From Coleofasciculus sp. B1-GNL1-01 (GTDB taxonomy: Bacteria; Cyanobacteriota; Cyanobacteriia; Cyanobacteriales; Coleofasciculaceae), in NCBI GenBank assembly GCA_040220235.1, contig JAVJTO010000017.1: 64,000 nucleotides of DNA; one strand, 5' to 3'. The notes under the pieces were generated by a model that did not search any database, was not told the origin of the DNA, and worked only from the letters and a program-made list of their open reading frames with translations. A program made the position numbers and the translations under genes. Position 1 is the stretch's first letter. Each line of letters starts with the position of its first letter. Below, piece by piece: positions 9,675-20,531 of this stretch.

Positions 9675-12600
9675 CTATCTGCTCTCATTTGATTCCACAC
9701 GGAAACGTTCTACAGAATTGAGTAGATCTCGTGCTACACCAACTAAGTTTTGTAAGGCACTGGATACCCGTTGTGCTTCCTGAGAGGTTTCTTGGGCAGT
9801 TAGTTCAACCGATTGCATGACTTGGGCAACAGCACGGGATGTTTCGGTTTGCTCCACTGTATCCGCTTTAATTGCCCGCACCAGCGCATCAATCCGATTG
9901 GACACTTGAATAATATCTTCCAATGCTTGTTTGGCTTGCTCTGCCCGTTTGGTTCCATCAATAACCTGCTGGGTACCTTCTTCCATCGCCGTCATCACCG
10001 ACCCAGTTTCACTTTGAATCTGCATGACGATTTGCTCAATTTCTTTGAGTGCCTTGGCTGAACGGTCTGCCAGTTGCCGTACTTCATCGGCAACGACGGC
10101 AAACCCTCGACCCGCCTCTCCCGCTCGAGCTGCCTCGATACTGGCATTGAGCGCTAACAGGTTGGTTCGGGATGCAATTGTGGAAATTACGGCAACAATT
10201 TTGGAAATTTCCTGGGAAGACTCAGCCAATCGCTTGACTTTTCGCGTAGTTTCTGCTACGGTTTCCCGAATTTGCAAGATGCCTGCCACCGTATGTTCTA
10301 CCGCGTGACCACCTCTGTGGGCGACATCCGCAGCGGTGTGGGCAACTTCCTCGGCTTCCCGTGCGGCTTCAGCGACTCGCTGAATGGAGTCGGTCATCAC
10401 CTGAACGGAGTTGAGGGTAACGGCTAGTTCCTCAGCTTGGCGCAAGGCGTCATTGGATAAACTTCCGGCAAATGCCGCGCTTTCAGTCGAACCCTTGGTC
10501 ACTTTACGGGCGGCATCTTTTACTTGTTGAACGATTTCCCGTAGATTTTGAATGGTTAGGTTAAAGGAGTCAGCCACTGCCCCCAAAACGTCGGCTGTTA
10601 CTTCAGCTTGTACCGTTAAGTCCCCGCGTGCAGCTCCTTCAACATCATCTAGCAATCGAATTACCTGGCGTTGCAGGTCTTCTTTGGCTTGTTCTTGTTC
10701 TTCGGCTTTGCGGGTGGCTTCGCTGGTGGTGGTGAGGATCACTCGCGCCATCTGGTTGAACCCTGAAGCCAGTTGACCCAGTTCTCCCTCGGAGTAGATC
10801 GGGACACTGACATTAAGATTTCCCTGAGCAACGGCATCAAACTGGGTTTGTAAATCCACTGTGACTTGTTGAATCTGGCGAGTGGTGATCCGACCCAGAA
10901 ACAGTGTAATGCCAAAACTAGCCGCAAATGCTGCACCACTGGCTAAAGCATGGGCAAATTTGAGATTCGCGATCGCGGGTTGAGCTTGCCCTTCTGGTAC
11001 TGAACTTCGCGCAGCAATACTTTGTGCCGAAAAACTGACTAAGGCAACGACAAAAGCGGAGGCAATCCCAGCCGCAAACGCCATAATCCACTGTTTATGA
11101 TGGAGAGAAGCATTTTCAAAGGGAGCCAGCCACCCTTGATCAACATTAACGATAGGTTCATGTCCCCCCTCTTTGGCTTGACTAAAAACTGGGAGTTGTT
11201 CAGTTGAGCTACCAATACTGAAAATTTCTTCATCACTATCAACTGAGCGATACTCTTGAGCCGATTGCTGGTGAGCCGCTACACTATCTCGATCTCGGAC
11301 GGCATCGCCGTTTTCGCTAACTCCCTCACTTTCGCCACCTGCTGGTATGACTCCACTGTTACTTAAAACATCAAAATCTGATTCACTCGCGCCCGACTCA
11401 GCTAATTCATCCTGATCGTCTATGGCAAAATCGGGAAGAGAGCCTAAATCATCTTCAAATACATCGAAAGCGTCTAAAAAGTCTTTGTCCGTTTCAAGTT
11501 CTGAGAAGTTCTCAGCATCAGCCTCAGCAACTTCATCCATAGTGAATGAGTCATTGCCAAAAGCATCGTCAAAGCTCTCAAAGTCAAAGTGATCATCGGG
11601 AGCGTTAAATCCATTTTTATCGAAGTCTGATTCATCCTGAGTGTAGTCCTGGCTTTCAAATGCTTCAATCGCCTCATCCGTCTCCTCAGCCGAATAGTCA
11701 AACTCATCGGTATCTGTTGGTAAACTTTCCCCCAACTCCCCTGAATCCATTAGTAGGGTTTCGTCTTCGTAAACGGGATGGTCTGGATATGACTCATCAA
11801 TCGATTCATCATGCCAATCCTCCATTTCCTGATCAACGTCCGATAAGTCTTCATCGAAATGGGATTCTGACTCATAAGAGGGTAAACTCTGCTCCTGAGC
11901 ATCTTCAAATTCAGGGGCGCTACCGGGAGGCATGACAAATGTTGCCGCCGTATCATCCTCAGACTCCGCTGAAAAGTCCTCAAAATTTTCCTGGTAATCT
12001 GCCTCACTAAAGGAGGTGTCATTTAAATCAAAATCACTCGCTGTTTCCTCAAAATTTTCCTGATAATCTGTCTCACTAAAGGGAGTATCATTTAAATCGA
12101 AATCACTGGCTGTTTCCTCAAAATTCTCCTGGTAATCTGCTTCACTAAAGGGAGTGTCATTTAGATCGAAATTATTCCCTGTTTCCTCAACGTTTTCCTG
12201 GTAATCTGCCTCGCTAAAGGGGGTGTCATTTAGATCAAAATCACTCGATGACTCATAATCTTCATAGTCTACCTCAGCAAAGGGGTTGTCATTTAGATCA
12301 AAATCACTCGATGACTCATAAAGATTGTCAACATCACCATTCTCTTCGTCCAAACCGGACAAGGCAAATGGATTGGATTCATCTACAGAACTTGGCTCGT
12401 CCGTCGTCTCTGATTCAAGAGCTGAACTATCCAGGGGTTCGGCAAAGGGCGAAGATGAGGTTGATTCAAAATCATCTCCTATTCCCGCTTCATCGAAATC
12501 TAAAGCCCCTAAATCGAAATCCTCAGACTCATCAATAGACTCATCAATCGCTTCCGAGTCTTGCCAGGTTTCTAATGTAGGTATCTCATTTAAATCGTCG

Positions 12601-12950
12601 GTTTCATCAATATCGTGGAAATTGTTATCGAAGTCCTCTGTGGATGGGGGTGAATCGGCAGAATCGAATTCACTGGACAATTGATTAGCATCTTCTAGAC
12701 CTTTATGGGCATATTCGATAAAATCAGGTTCAGACGTTAAATTAAGAACTTGCTCATAGTGTTCCCGTGCTTGATCGTACTGCTGTAGACCATAGCAACA
12801 GATATGACCCTTAAGTAACAAAGCACTTGGATCATCGGGATACTCTTCAATCAACCGACTAATAAGATCGGCGGCTTCTTGGTATTTACCTTGTGCGTAA
12901 GCCGTTTGTGCTTGTGTATATTCCTGAACGTAATCTGTACTTGATGCCAT
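9675..12950 (-). CDS. pilJ: Methyl-accepting chemotaxis protein PilJ/HmpD (N-terminal TPR, long acidic linker, 2 TM, HAMP, MCP signalling domain)
   Basis: [30 protein letters not shown] hairpin; start MASS at 12950 after GAGGAGG. Confidence 0.92.
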   Translation of the reverse strand: MASSTDYVQEYTQAQTAYAQGKYQEAADLISRLIEEYPDDPSALLLKGHICCYGLQQYDQAREHYEQVLNLTSEPDFIEYAHKGLEDANQLSSEFDSADSPPSTEDFDNNFHDIDETDDLNEIPTLETWQDSEAIDESIDESEDFDLGALDFDEAGIGDDFESTSSSPFAEPLDSSALESETTDEPSSVDESNPFALSGLDEENGDVDNLYESSSDFDLNDNPFAEVDYEDYESSSDFDLNDTPFSEADYQENVEETGNNFDLNDTPFSEADYQENFEETASDFDLNDTPFSETDYQENFEETASDFDLNDTSFSEADYQENFEDFSAESEDDTAATFVMPPGSAPEFEDAQEQSLPSYESESHFDEDLSDVDQEMEDWHDESIDESYPDHPVYEDETLLMDSGELGESLPTDTDEFDYSAEETDEAIEAFESQDYTQDESDFDKNGFNAPDDHFDFESFDDAFGNDSFTMDEVAEADAENFSELETDKDFLDAFDVFEDDLGSLPDFAIDDQDELAESGASESDFDVLSNSGVIPAGGESEGVSENGDAVRDRDSVAAHQQSAQEYRSVDSDEEIFSIGSSTEQLPVFSQAKEGGHEPIVNVDQGWLAPFENASLHHKQWIMAFAAGIASAFVVALVSFSAQSIAARSSVPEGQAQPAIANLKFAHALASGAAFAASFGITLFLGRITTRQIQQVTVDLQTQFDAVAQGNLNVSVPIYSEGELGQLASGFNQMARVILTTTSEATRKAEEQEQAKEDLQRQVIRLLDDVEGAARGDLTVQAEVTADVLGAVADSFNLTIQNLREIVQQVKDAARKVTKGSTESAAFAGSLSNDALRQAEELAVTLNSVQVMTDSIQRVAEAAREAEEVAHTAADVAHRGGHAVEHTVAGILQIRETVAETTRKVKRLAESSQEISKIVAVISTIASRTNLLALNASIEAARAGEAGRGFAVVADEVRQLADRSAKALKEIEQIVMQIQSETGSVMTAMEEGTQQVIDGTKRAEQAKQALEDIIQVSNRIDALVRAIKADTVEQTETSRAVAQVMQSVELTAQETSQEAQRVSSALQNLVGVARDLLNSVERFRVESNESR

Positions 12951-13027
12951 TGACCTCCTCCCTTTGCTCACCAGGAAAAAGTAACAAACAAAAGGTTGCT
13001 CTCTTTTTCCTTTCTTTTACTATTCAT

Positions 13028-13558
13028 TCATGCTGCCCACCGTGCTGCTCGTAGAATTGCCACCTGATCGAGAAGTCGTAAAAATTGATTAGATTCTGGA
13101 TCTAATAACCATTCTCCTTTTAAAAAAGGTGCCATCGTATCAGGAACATTCATTGCCATTTGTAATTGCTCCACATCTAACCAATCCATGTCCACAATTC
13201 GCTCCACTGCTAAACCGAGCATTGTATCTTGATCTTCGATGGCAATGACGGGAATTTCTGATCGGTCTGTATTGACAGGGATCGCATCTCCCAGAAATTG
13301 ACCCAGATCACCAACCCATATAACCCGACCTCGCATATTGATTGTCCCCAATAATAAGGGGGAAGCATTAGGGATGGGGGTGATCTGGTTGGGAGATGGC
13401 TCAAGCACTTCTTTGATCCCAGTCGCTGGTAAAGCAAATTCAATACCAGAAGGGACGTAAAATCGCAAGTGTAATTCACCCTCAGGACTTTCTAGTTCTT
13501 GCAATTCTGGGGCTTGATCTTGACCAGTATCTGTTAAAAAATCCGGATTTCCAACCAT
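13028..13558 (-). CDS. pilI: CheW-like coupling protein PilI/HmpC
   Basis: ITPIPNASPLLLGTINMRGRVIWVGDLGQFLG CheW motif; operon position. Confidence 0.9.
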   Translation of the reverse strand: MVGNPDFLTDTGQDQAPELQELESPEGELHLRFYVPSGIEFALPATGIKEVLEPSPNQITPIPNASPLLLGTINMRGRVIWVGDLGQFLGDAIPVNTDRSEIPVIAIEDQDTMLGLAVERIVDMDWLDVEQLQMAMNVPDTMAPFLKGEWLLDPESNQFLRLLDQVAILRAARWAA

Positions 13559-13583
13559 TCGCAGCTAGAGTCTTAACTATAAT

Positions 13584-13949
13584 TTATGACCTGAGTAGCT
13601 GTTTGACTGTGCCAATCAACTCGGTGGGCTGAAAGGGCTTAGCGATGTAAGCATCTGCCCCTTGCTTCATTCCCCAATATCGATCAAATTCTTCGCCTTT
13701 TGAAGAACACATGACCACGGGTACATTTTGGGTTTTGGGATCAGCCTTTAAACGACGACAGACCTCGTACCCATTCATACGAGGCATAACAATATCCAAT
13801 ACCACTACATCAGGACGAGACTGCAGAATATGTTCTAAGGCTTCCACTCCATCGCTTGCCACAGAGACCGTCAACCCACTGCCTTTGAGGAGGTCTGAGA
13901 TCATCTGTCGCTGTGCCAAACTGTCTTCTACAACCAAAACTGTACTCAT
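13584..13949 (-). CDS. pilH: CheY-like response regulator PilH/HmpB
   Basis: Single REC domain: VVED, LDIVMP, KPF. Confidence 0.9.
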   Translation of the reverse strand: MSTVLVVEDSLAQRQMISDLLKGSGLTVSVASDGVEALEHILQSRPDVVVLDIVMPRMNGYEVCRRLKADPKTQNVPVVMCSSKGEEFDRYWGMKQGADAYIAKPFQPTELIGTVKQLLRS

Positions 13950-14203
13950 AACCCCCTACCTGACTTGCCAATAAGCGCACGAATTTTGAACGTGAACTGA
14001 GCTGTATCGTTGAGCTATACCTTTAAACATAGATAGAGTAATGATTAATGTATCCTTTATGGTAGCTTCATCCTGAACTGATCCCTTTCTCTATTGTGAC
14101 AGGCTTAACTGCGAAATAGAGCAGGGCGTATCGCTGTATGAGTCTATGAGGTGATTGTAGCGGAAGAATTACCTTCCTGGGTGTTACATGATGATCGCTG
14201 TGG

Positions 14204-15502
14204 TTAAGCCGATGCTGATTTAGTAATATCGGTTGCCTTGACTTCCTCCTCTAGGACTTGGCGGGAACTATCGAAACTCATTTTTTCCGGATCTCCCGGA
14301 CCTACGTATTTCTCCAATAACATTAACAGCTCACTGGCTCCAAACGGTTTAGTCAAATAGTCCGTTGAGCCTACCATGCGAGCTCTCACACGGTCAATAA
14401 AGCCATCTTTGCCCGTCAGCATAATGATTGGAGTTTGTCGAAATGTCGTCGATTGTCGCAACATGCCACACAGTTCATATCCATCGAGTTGGGGCATGAC
14501 TAAATCACAGAGAATTAGAGCCGGTTTAATTTGGAAGAGTAAGCTGAGAGCTTTGAGGGGATTTTGAATTGCCGTTACTTCATATCCTTGGGCTTGCAGC
14601 ATATACTCGACGGTTTTGCCAACTGCCTTGTCATCATCAATACAGACTACAGAGGGTGCATGATCTGCCCGGGTGGATTCCCAAGGTTGTCGAACAGCGA
14701 GGGTTTGTTGAGGTACTGACGTCAGCAATTGAATCCAACCCCGCTGGATATAGGGGTAAATGGCTCGGGTGACAGTCAGGATGTCACGATTGAGATAGCG
14801 AGCCATCTGTCGCAGAGAATTCTTGCCATTTGCCCACCGTTGGAGGGTTCTAAATGCATTCTCCGGTAATGCTGACTTTAATTTAGTTTCATCCGTAATC
14901 AGTGGGCATTGATTGGGGGATTGGATATGGGGATGAAACTGCTTCCACTCCTGGACTTGCTTCATAATCTTGGTCACTAGGGGGGCAATTTCTAAGGTGG
15001 TGAGTTGGGGCGCTAAGGCTGGACCCACCTCGAAGACAAAGTATCCATTGTGGAGGCTCAATAGGTCAAATAGGGTTTCATGCACCATACTGTGGAGAAT
15101 GCTGCGCCCTTGAGCTGGCGTGATAATATGCTTTTCTAGCAACGCCCAAAGATAGCCATATTCGGGAGCATTGGTCGAAGCAATCGACGGTTCTTCGATG
15201 TCATCCAAAGCGGCTTCAGCTCGATAGCGACGCAGGTAATCGCGCAGTCGTGACAAACTGTGATCACTGTTTGCCGCATAAGCAATTTGTCCGTTGAGAA
15301 AAAAAACAAACCAAAATGGTCCAGGGCAACGGGGTGGGGTCGCCAGGTGAGAGCGTCCCTGGATAAATTTATGAGTCACATCACTACCAGGGTTATTGGT
15401 GTGGGAGCTTTGCGCCTCAACTAAAAGTTCTCCTGTGCGCTGACCCAGTTCGATCAGTTGCAGGATACTGCGGATATCAATTTCATTTAACGTTCCCTGC
15501 AT
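14204..15502 (-). CDS. pilG: PatA-family response regulator PilG (PATAN/DUF4388 + REC)
   Basis: MQGTLNEIDIRSILQLIELGQRTGEL N-terminus; C-terminal REC domain. Confidence 0.88.
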   Translation of the reverse strand: MQGTLNEIDIRSILQLIELGQRTGELLVEAQSSHTNNPGSDVTHKFIQGRSHLATPPRCPGPFWFVFFLNGQIAYAANSDHSLSRLRDYLRRYRAEAALDDIEEPSIASTNAPEYGYLWALLEKHIITPAQGRSILHSMVHETLFDLLSLHNGYFVFEVGPALAPQLTTLEIAPLVTKIMKQVQEWKQFHPHIQSPNQCPLITDETKLKSALPENAFRTLQRWANGKNSLRQMARYLNRDILTVTRAIYPYIQRGWIQLLTSVPQQTLAVRQPWESTRADHAPSVVCIDDDKAVGKTVEYMLQAQGYEVTAIQNPLKALSLLFQIKPALILCDLVMPQLDGYELCGMLRQSTTFRQTPIIMLTGKDGFIDRVRARMVGSTDYLTKPFGASELLMLLEKYVGPGDPEKMSFDSSRQVLEEEVKATDITKSASA

Positions 15503-16285
15503 TTTAAGGAAAATGTACTCCTAAAACCTTGCGTTCAATGCTGAGGCGCGAATGGTCTGTTGGGTTACCAAGTTGCCTGCCATCTTAACCTCAACCCCAA
15601 CTTGATGCTTTACCACCACCGCTGACTGACCATGTTAAGATAACATCCAATTAGGTGGGAATGGATCGTTTAACAGATGTGTTTCAACAGAGCAATTTAA
15701 ACTTTAAATTTAACTTTGCTCAATAGAGCCATTGAAATTTATAGAAGAAGAGTCCATCAAAACCTCCATGTACTCAGTATAATTGAGGATTCGACTTGCT
15801 GTAACACCTCCTGATCAGGCGGGTTGGACGGCGGTGAGCGATCGCTGGCGTTAATTACCAATTAGCAGGGTTGGCTAGGATACAGGGACAAGGCAATGGC
15901 TTCGTTAAATAAACTTCAACTACCCCGCGCTACTGACATAGAGCGCGAAGATGTTGAGGAACAGGGGTTCAATCAGCCAAGGCGACTCTGTTCCTGGCTT
16001 ACCTAAACTTGCCCTTTAAGGAGGGTTAAGTTGGAGATATGTAGCATTTTCTCGATCCGTCAGGACTATCCGGTGGTAGCTTAGATTCAGGACAATAATC
16101 CAAGACACGGCTACCTCTGTCACTTCCTAAAAGCTAGCATTGTAGACAAAGCTGCTCGGTCTATAAATCAGGGTTAGCTCTGAGAACATCAGGAGCAGTG
16201 CGACCAGCAACCCAATCAACTAAGATTTAGTTCAGGTTGGCTTAGTCAAGAATTGGGCACAAGACAAGTAAAGAGGACGATCAGT

Positions 16286-18046
16286 GTGCTGTATCTAGCA
16301 GAAGTCAAAAAGCAGAAAACTGGCCCTTTTGGCGGCAGTAAGACCGAACTCAAACTGCTGGCTTGTCAGCGGAATGATCAGAGTTGGAGCGCTGTCCCAG
16401 GTGATGAAATCATCCCAGGAGACGAAGCCGGTGGCATGAGCGATGGGGCTTTGGCAATTGTCAATGTCAGTAACAATCGGATTCAAGGCGAAGTTGAGCC
16501 AGCCGGGACGAGACTGGCGAGCATCTTACAAAATTTTTCTCGTCTGTTGGACAAGGCGAAAAGTCAAGAAGAAGAAATTGAACAGTGGAAGCAGTCCTTG
16601 ACGTATCAAAGTCAAGAACTCAACCGTCGCGAGATGGAAATGGAAGCGCGGTTGGAACAGATGCAAGCCATGGAGGAAGAGGCTGAACAAATTGATCAGC
16701 AGCGTCAAGACCTGGAAAGTACGAAAGAGGAAACTGAACGCCTCAGAGAGGAGTTTGATCGCAAACAACAGGAACTTGAAGGCGCTTGGGAACATCTGCG
16801 CGGTGAACAGCGGCGTTGGGATGAGCAAAAAGAACAGCTGCAACAAACTTCGGGTTTAAGTGAGGACGATGTTGCGGCGATGCAGGAGTTGCTCGATCGC
16901 CTATCGACGGCTGTCGCTCCTACGGATACTGTGCGGGAACAGTTGAATCAAGCGTTTGACATCATTGATCAACAGCAGTCAGAACTAGATAGTGATTGGC
17001 AAAAACTAGACAATCAGCGCCAACAAGCAGAGCAACGCCAAACCGAAATTGACGAGCAAGCTGAGGACATTCACCAGCGTCAGCAAGAGTTAGAGCAGGT
17101 TCAAACCTCTTATGAAGAGGCACAAGCGGAATTGAAGGTGCAGCGGAATGCTTTGGAGATGAAGCAGGAATCTGTACATCTACTCAGCCTGCAACTTCAA
17201 ACTCAGCAAGAGTTACATCAAGAACTTGCTCGTTTAGCGACCAGTTCAGCCGATGTCAAAATTAGTCAAGAGGTTGACATTCAATCGCTGGAAAATATGC
17301 CCCTAGGTGAACTCCAGGAAATCGTGCAAAATTTACAGCAAGATTTGGAGAGAGTGGTACGCTTTGTCAACGACCAGGAAGAGGAACTCACATTCCAACG
17401 CCAAGCGGTTGAAGAACTCCAAGATAAAATTAATAATGCGAGTGAGTACGATCGCATTAGTTTGGAAAGTGAGCTAGCCGACGAGCAAGACCGCTACCAA
17501 ATGTTGGATGAAACCCTCGTCGGTCAACGCCGCAACCTGCGGGAGAGGGAAGAGATTTTCAATCAGCATAATCGAGTCTTACGCCGTCGCCAGGGTATTA
17601 GTGAAGGGAGTAGCGCCGATACCCATAAAATCGACCTCGGTCCGGTCTTAAACCAGCTCGAGGAACAGCGACAACAGCAAGAAGGCGAACTGGAAAAACT
17701 GGAAAACCAAGTTGAGCAAATGCGCCAAAGCATTAGCCAAGCCGAGGAAATGCTGACTCAGCAAGAAAGTGATCAAGAAGCCAAACGCTCTGAGTTACAA
17801 GGTTTGGAAGAAAACTGGCACTCGATGAAACAGGAAGTCGCTGAACTGTGGAGTCAAGTGAATTTGTATCAAGAACTCTTACCGCCCAAGCAAGAGGCTC
17901 TGAATCAAATTCGCCAGATCCTCGACGCGATCGCCCAAGCCCTGAATCAAATTCAGGAAGTTGGCGATTATCAACTCCAAGCAATTTCCGAAATGCGGCA
18001 AACGGTTGATAGCATGGTGGAATCGCCGGAACTGGCGGCTTCCTAG
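16286..18046 (+). CDS. hmpF: Pilus motility/taxis coiled-coil protein HmpF (GTG start at 16286)
   Basis: MLYLAEVKKQ...LKLLACQRNDQSW N-terminus, long coiled coil, divergent from pilG as in the Nostoc hmp locus. Confidence 0.88.
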   Translation: MLYLAEVKKQKTGPFGGSKTELKLLACQRNDQSWSAVPGDEIIPGDEAGGMSDGALAIVNVSNNRIQGEVEPAGTRLASILQNFSRLLDKAKSQEEEIEQWKQSLTYQSQELNRREMEMEARLEQMQAMEEEAEQIDQQRQDLESTKEETERLREEFDRKQQELEGAWEHLRGEQRRWDEQKEQLQQTSGLSEDDVAAMQELLDRLSTAVAPTDTVREQLNQAFDIIDQQQSELDSDWQKLDNQRQQAEQRQTEIDEQAEDIHQRQQELEQVQTSYEEAQAELKVQRNALEMKQESVHLLSLQLQTQQELHQELARLATSSADVKISQEVDIQSLENMPLGELQEIVQNLQQDLERVVRFVNDQEEELTFQRQAVEELQDKINNASEYDRISLESELADEQDRYQMLDETLVGQRRNLREREEIFNQHNRVLRRRQGISEGSSADTHKIDLGPVLNQLEEQRQQQEGELEKLENQVEQMRQSISQAEEMLTQQESDQEAKRSELQGLEENWHSMKQEVAELWSQVNLYQELLPPKQEALNQIRQILDAIAQALNQIQEVGDYQLQAISEMRQTVDSMVESPELAAS

Positions 18047-18057
18047 AGCTGAGGGGG

Positions 18058-18122
18058 CGGGGTGTAGGGTGTGGGGTGTCGGATGTCGGGTGTCGGGTGT
18101 CGGATGTCGGGTGTCGGGTGTA
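18058..18122. repeat. GG(G/A)TGT(C/A/G) heptamer tandem array
   Basis: ~9 units between convergent hmpF and tilS. Confidence 0.85.
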
Positions 18123-18138
18123 GAGAAAGCGTGACAGC

Positions 18139-19149
18139 TTAGTCCCCTTGACTATTTCGCCAAATAATCCAATCCCCTTCGACTTGAGCGCTTGCCCCTC
18201 CGGGAAAGGATGAGGTGCGAGAGCGATTGGGTGCGTTAATTAAAGCGGTAATTGCTTCAATTTGCTCAAAATTGGCAGCCGTCGGTTGGACAATCGTCAG
18301 AAACTGCCGAATCGCACGACGTTGTAGGGCGAGATCAGCTTGTCGCAAGACTACGCGATTGAGTTTAAGCGTCGTAGTGGGTTCATGCTCACTCGTAGAA
18401 CCCATAGCTTGTTCTCGTAGCGATCGCGCCGCTGTCTCTAAATACTCAACATCAGCCCGTAACAGTTCCGCTGTATGACCCAGAGCAGTTTCCACCCTCG
18501 GATTAAAATGAGTTTTGAGATAAGGCAGTACCTCTTGGCGAATGCGATTACGAGCATAGCGGAGGTCTTGATTATAGGCATCCAACCAAACCGGGAGGTG
18601 CTGTTGCTCCACAAACTCCCCCGTTTCCCCACGGGTAACGTTCAGTAATGGGCGTACAAGCTGTACCCCGGCTACTAGAGGACGTTGCCAGGTCAGGGAT
18701 TGGAGACCATCAACCCCCGTCCCTCGAATCAGATTATACAAAACCGTTTCCGCGCGATCGCTCTGAGTGTGAGCCGTGACTACATATTGAAATTGATAGG
18801 TTTGGGCAATCTTACCGAGTGCCTGATAACGCCATTGTCGAGCCGTTCCCTCACTTTTAGTCACTTGATCCGCAACTTCCAGATAAAAAGGAATCGCCCA
18901 ACTCTGAGCCACCTGTTCAATGTGAGCCGCCAACCCTTGATCAGCAAGCCAACGGTGATCACAATGGGCGATCGCTAATTGCCATTTCCACTTCGGCTGC
19001 AAATCTAAAAGCAGTTTCATTAAACAGAGGGAATCTTGTCCCCCCGATACCGCCACCAAAACAGGACGACTTGGCGCTAATAGCTGCCTTTGCCGTAGCG
19101 TTTGATGAAGACGGGCGTGAAGTAGCGTCCAATCTGAACGTTGAGACAT
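18139..19149 (-). CDS. tilS: tRNA(Ile)-lysidine synthetase
   Basis: VAVSGGQDS PP-loop, TAHTQSDRAET, RPLL and RNRIR motifs. Confidence 0.95.
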   Translation of the reverse strand: MSQRSDWTLLHARLHQTLRQRQLLAPSRPVLVAVSGGQDSLCLMKLLLDLQPKWKWQLAIAHCDHRWLADQGLAAHIEQVAQSWAIPFYLEVADQVTKSEGTARQWRYQALGKIAQTYQFQYVVTAHTQSDRAETVLYNLIRGTGVDGLQSLTWQRPLVAGVQLVRPLLNVTRGETGEFVEQQHLPVWLDAYNQDLRYARNRIRQEVLPYLKTHFNPRVETALGHTAELLRADVEYLETAARSLREQAMGSTSEHEPTTTLKLNRVVLRQADLALQRRAIRQFLTIVQPTAANFEQIEAITALINAPNRSRTSSFPGGASAQVEGDWIIWRNSQGD

Positions 19150-19314
19150 TCGTCATTTGTCATTTGTCATTCGTGAGCGAATAGAGAAAAGGGTGGTGTA
19201 GAGTTTTGAGCTAAAATCATAACGGCTCCATCGTCCCCCGCTTCCCCCGCTTTCCCCGCTTCCCCAGCTTCCCAAACTCCCCCTGCTCCCTCATTTCCAC
19301 CAACCTACTGAACG

Positions 19315-20409
19315 TTACTGATTACTTTGCCAACCTTCTTGACTCATTTCTTGCCAAACATCATCGAGAAGGGAGTCTGTCTCATTATCCTCCTCTTCCT
19401 CTTCCTCTAAGGAGGAAAAATCACCTAAATCAAACTCATCGTCATCACTAGCAGAGGTTTCATCAAAATCGAGTTCTTCGTCACTTTCTGTGGCAATCGA
19501 TCCCAAATCTAGCAACTCCTCGTCGTTGCTGGTGCTTTCCTCTTCCATCTCCAACTCTTCTTCGATGCTGCTGGAGAGTTCATCAAATTCATCATCAAAG
19601 CTAGCTGATTTATCTTCCTCCTCCTCGACAGAGAGTTCATCGAAGTCACTCTCAAAGCTGACGGGTGACTCTTCCTCCTCCTCGACAGAGAGTTCATCGA
19701 AGTCATCACCAAAGCTGACGGGTGACTCTTCCTCCTCACCGGGAGGCATTTCATCTAAATCACTCTCAAAGCTGACAAGTGGCTCTTCCTGCTCACCGGG
19801 AGACATTTCCTCAAAGTCGCTCTCAAAGCTGACGGATGGCTCTTCCTCCTCCTCAGTAGAGAGTTCATCGAAGTCGCTTTCAAAGCTAACAGGTGGCTCC
19901 TCTTCTTCTAGCCCCTCCATAGAAAAGCTTGGCGCCTCATCCATGAAGTCACCGAGGCTGTCTTGCTGTTGATCCTCAGCAGATAATTCATACTCATGAT
20001 CCGCCTCATCCAGACTCATCGACGGCTGTTCTACATCAAAGTCCTCATCCATGCTGATTGAGGACTCTTCCTCAGCCAACTCATCCTCAGTCTCAGTGTC
20101 TCCACTGATAGGTTCTAATGGTGTCTCCTCCTCAGCCACCTGAGGACAAAATTCCAGATTGATTCTCACCTTGCCTTTTTGCCAGCCACCGGAACTAAAT
20201 CGCAAGACTTCACAGGAGATACCCTCGTCACTAAACCAGGCATTTTTGTCTTGAGTCCATTCACTCAACCCATGCTCAAGCTGCGTTTTGATCGCGTCCG
20301 CCAATTCGCTTACTCGAAAGGTACGATGCCCAATTAAGATTTGCGCTGATTCGTCAACGGATAAGACTTCACCACTAGCGAGTGGCTCAAACTGATTATC
20401 TACGCCCAT
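19315..20409 (-). CDS. KGK-domain protein with long acidic repeat tail
   Basis: WFSDEGISCEVLRF..GGWQKGKVRINLEFCP KGK motif; 19-aa acidic repeats. Confidence 0.85.
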   Translation of the reverse strand: MGVDNQFEPLASGEVLSVDESAQILIGHRTFRVSELADAIKTQLEHGLSEWTQDKNAWFSDEGISCEVLRFSSGGWQKGKVRINLEFCPQVAEEETPLEPISGDTETEDELAEEESSISMDEDFDVEQPSMSLDEADHEYELSAEDQQQDSLGDFMDEAPSFSMEGLEEEEPPVSFESDFDELSTEEEEEPSVSFESDFEEMSPGEQEEPLVSFESDLDEMPPGEEEESPVSFGDDFDELSVEEEEESPVSFESDFDELSVEEEEDKSASFDDEFDELSSSIEEELEMEEESTSNDEELLDLGSIATESDEELDFDETSASDDDEFDLGDFSSLEEEEEEDNETDSLLDDVWQEMSQEGWQSNQ

Positions 20410-20531
20410 TTTCCCCGATTAACGTTCTACTTTTGTGCTTAATCATGATGTACAAATTGGGTCATTCCCTGGATCACCTGGATCACTAGGAGTAAGCGAT
20501 TTGGTCGTCGCCTTGATCAGTCCTGGAAGTC

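Noticed and set aside
9504..9783. Three overlapping ORFs (SFVICH/LFTVHC repeats)
   Set aside because: Artefacts of stop-free heptamer arrays
15916..15960. TCAACTACCCCGCGCT resembling an IS200/IS605 (IscB) left end
   Set aside because: Match is short; no downstream omega-RNA motifs or IscB/TnpB ORF
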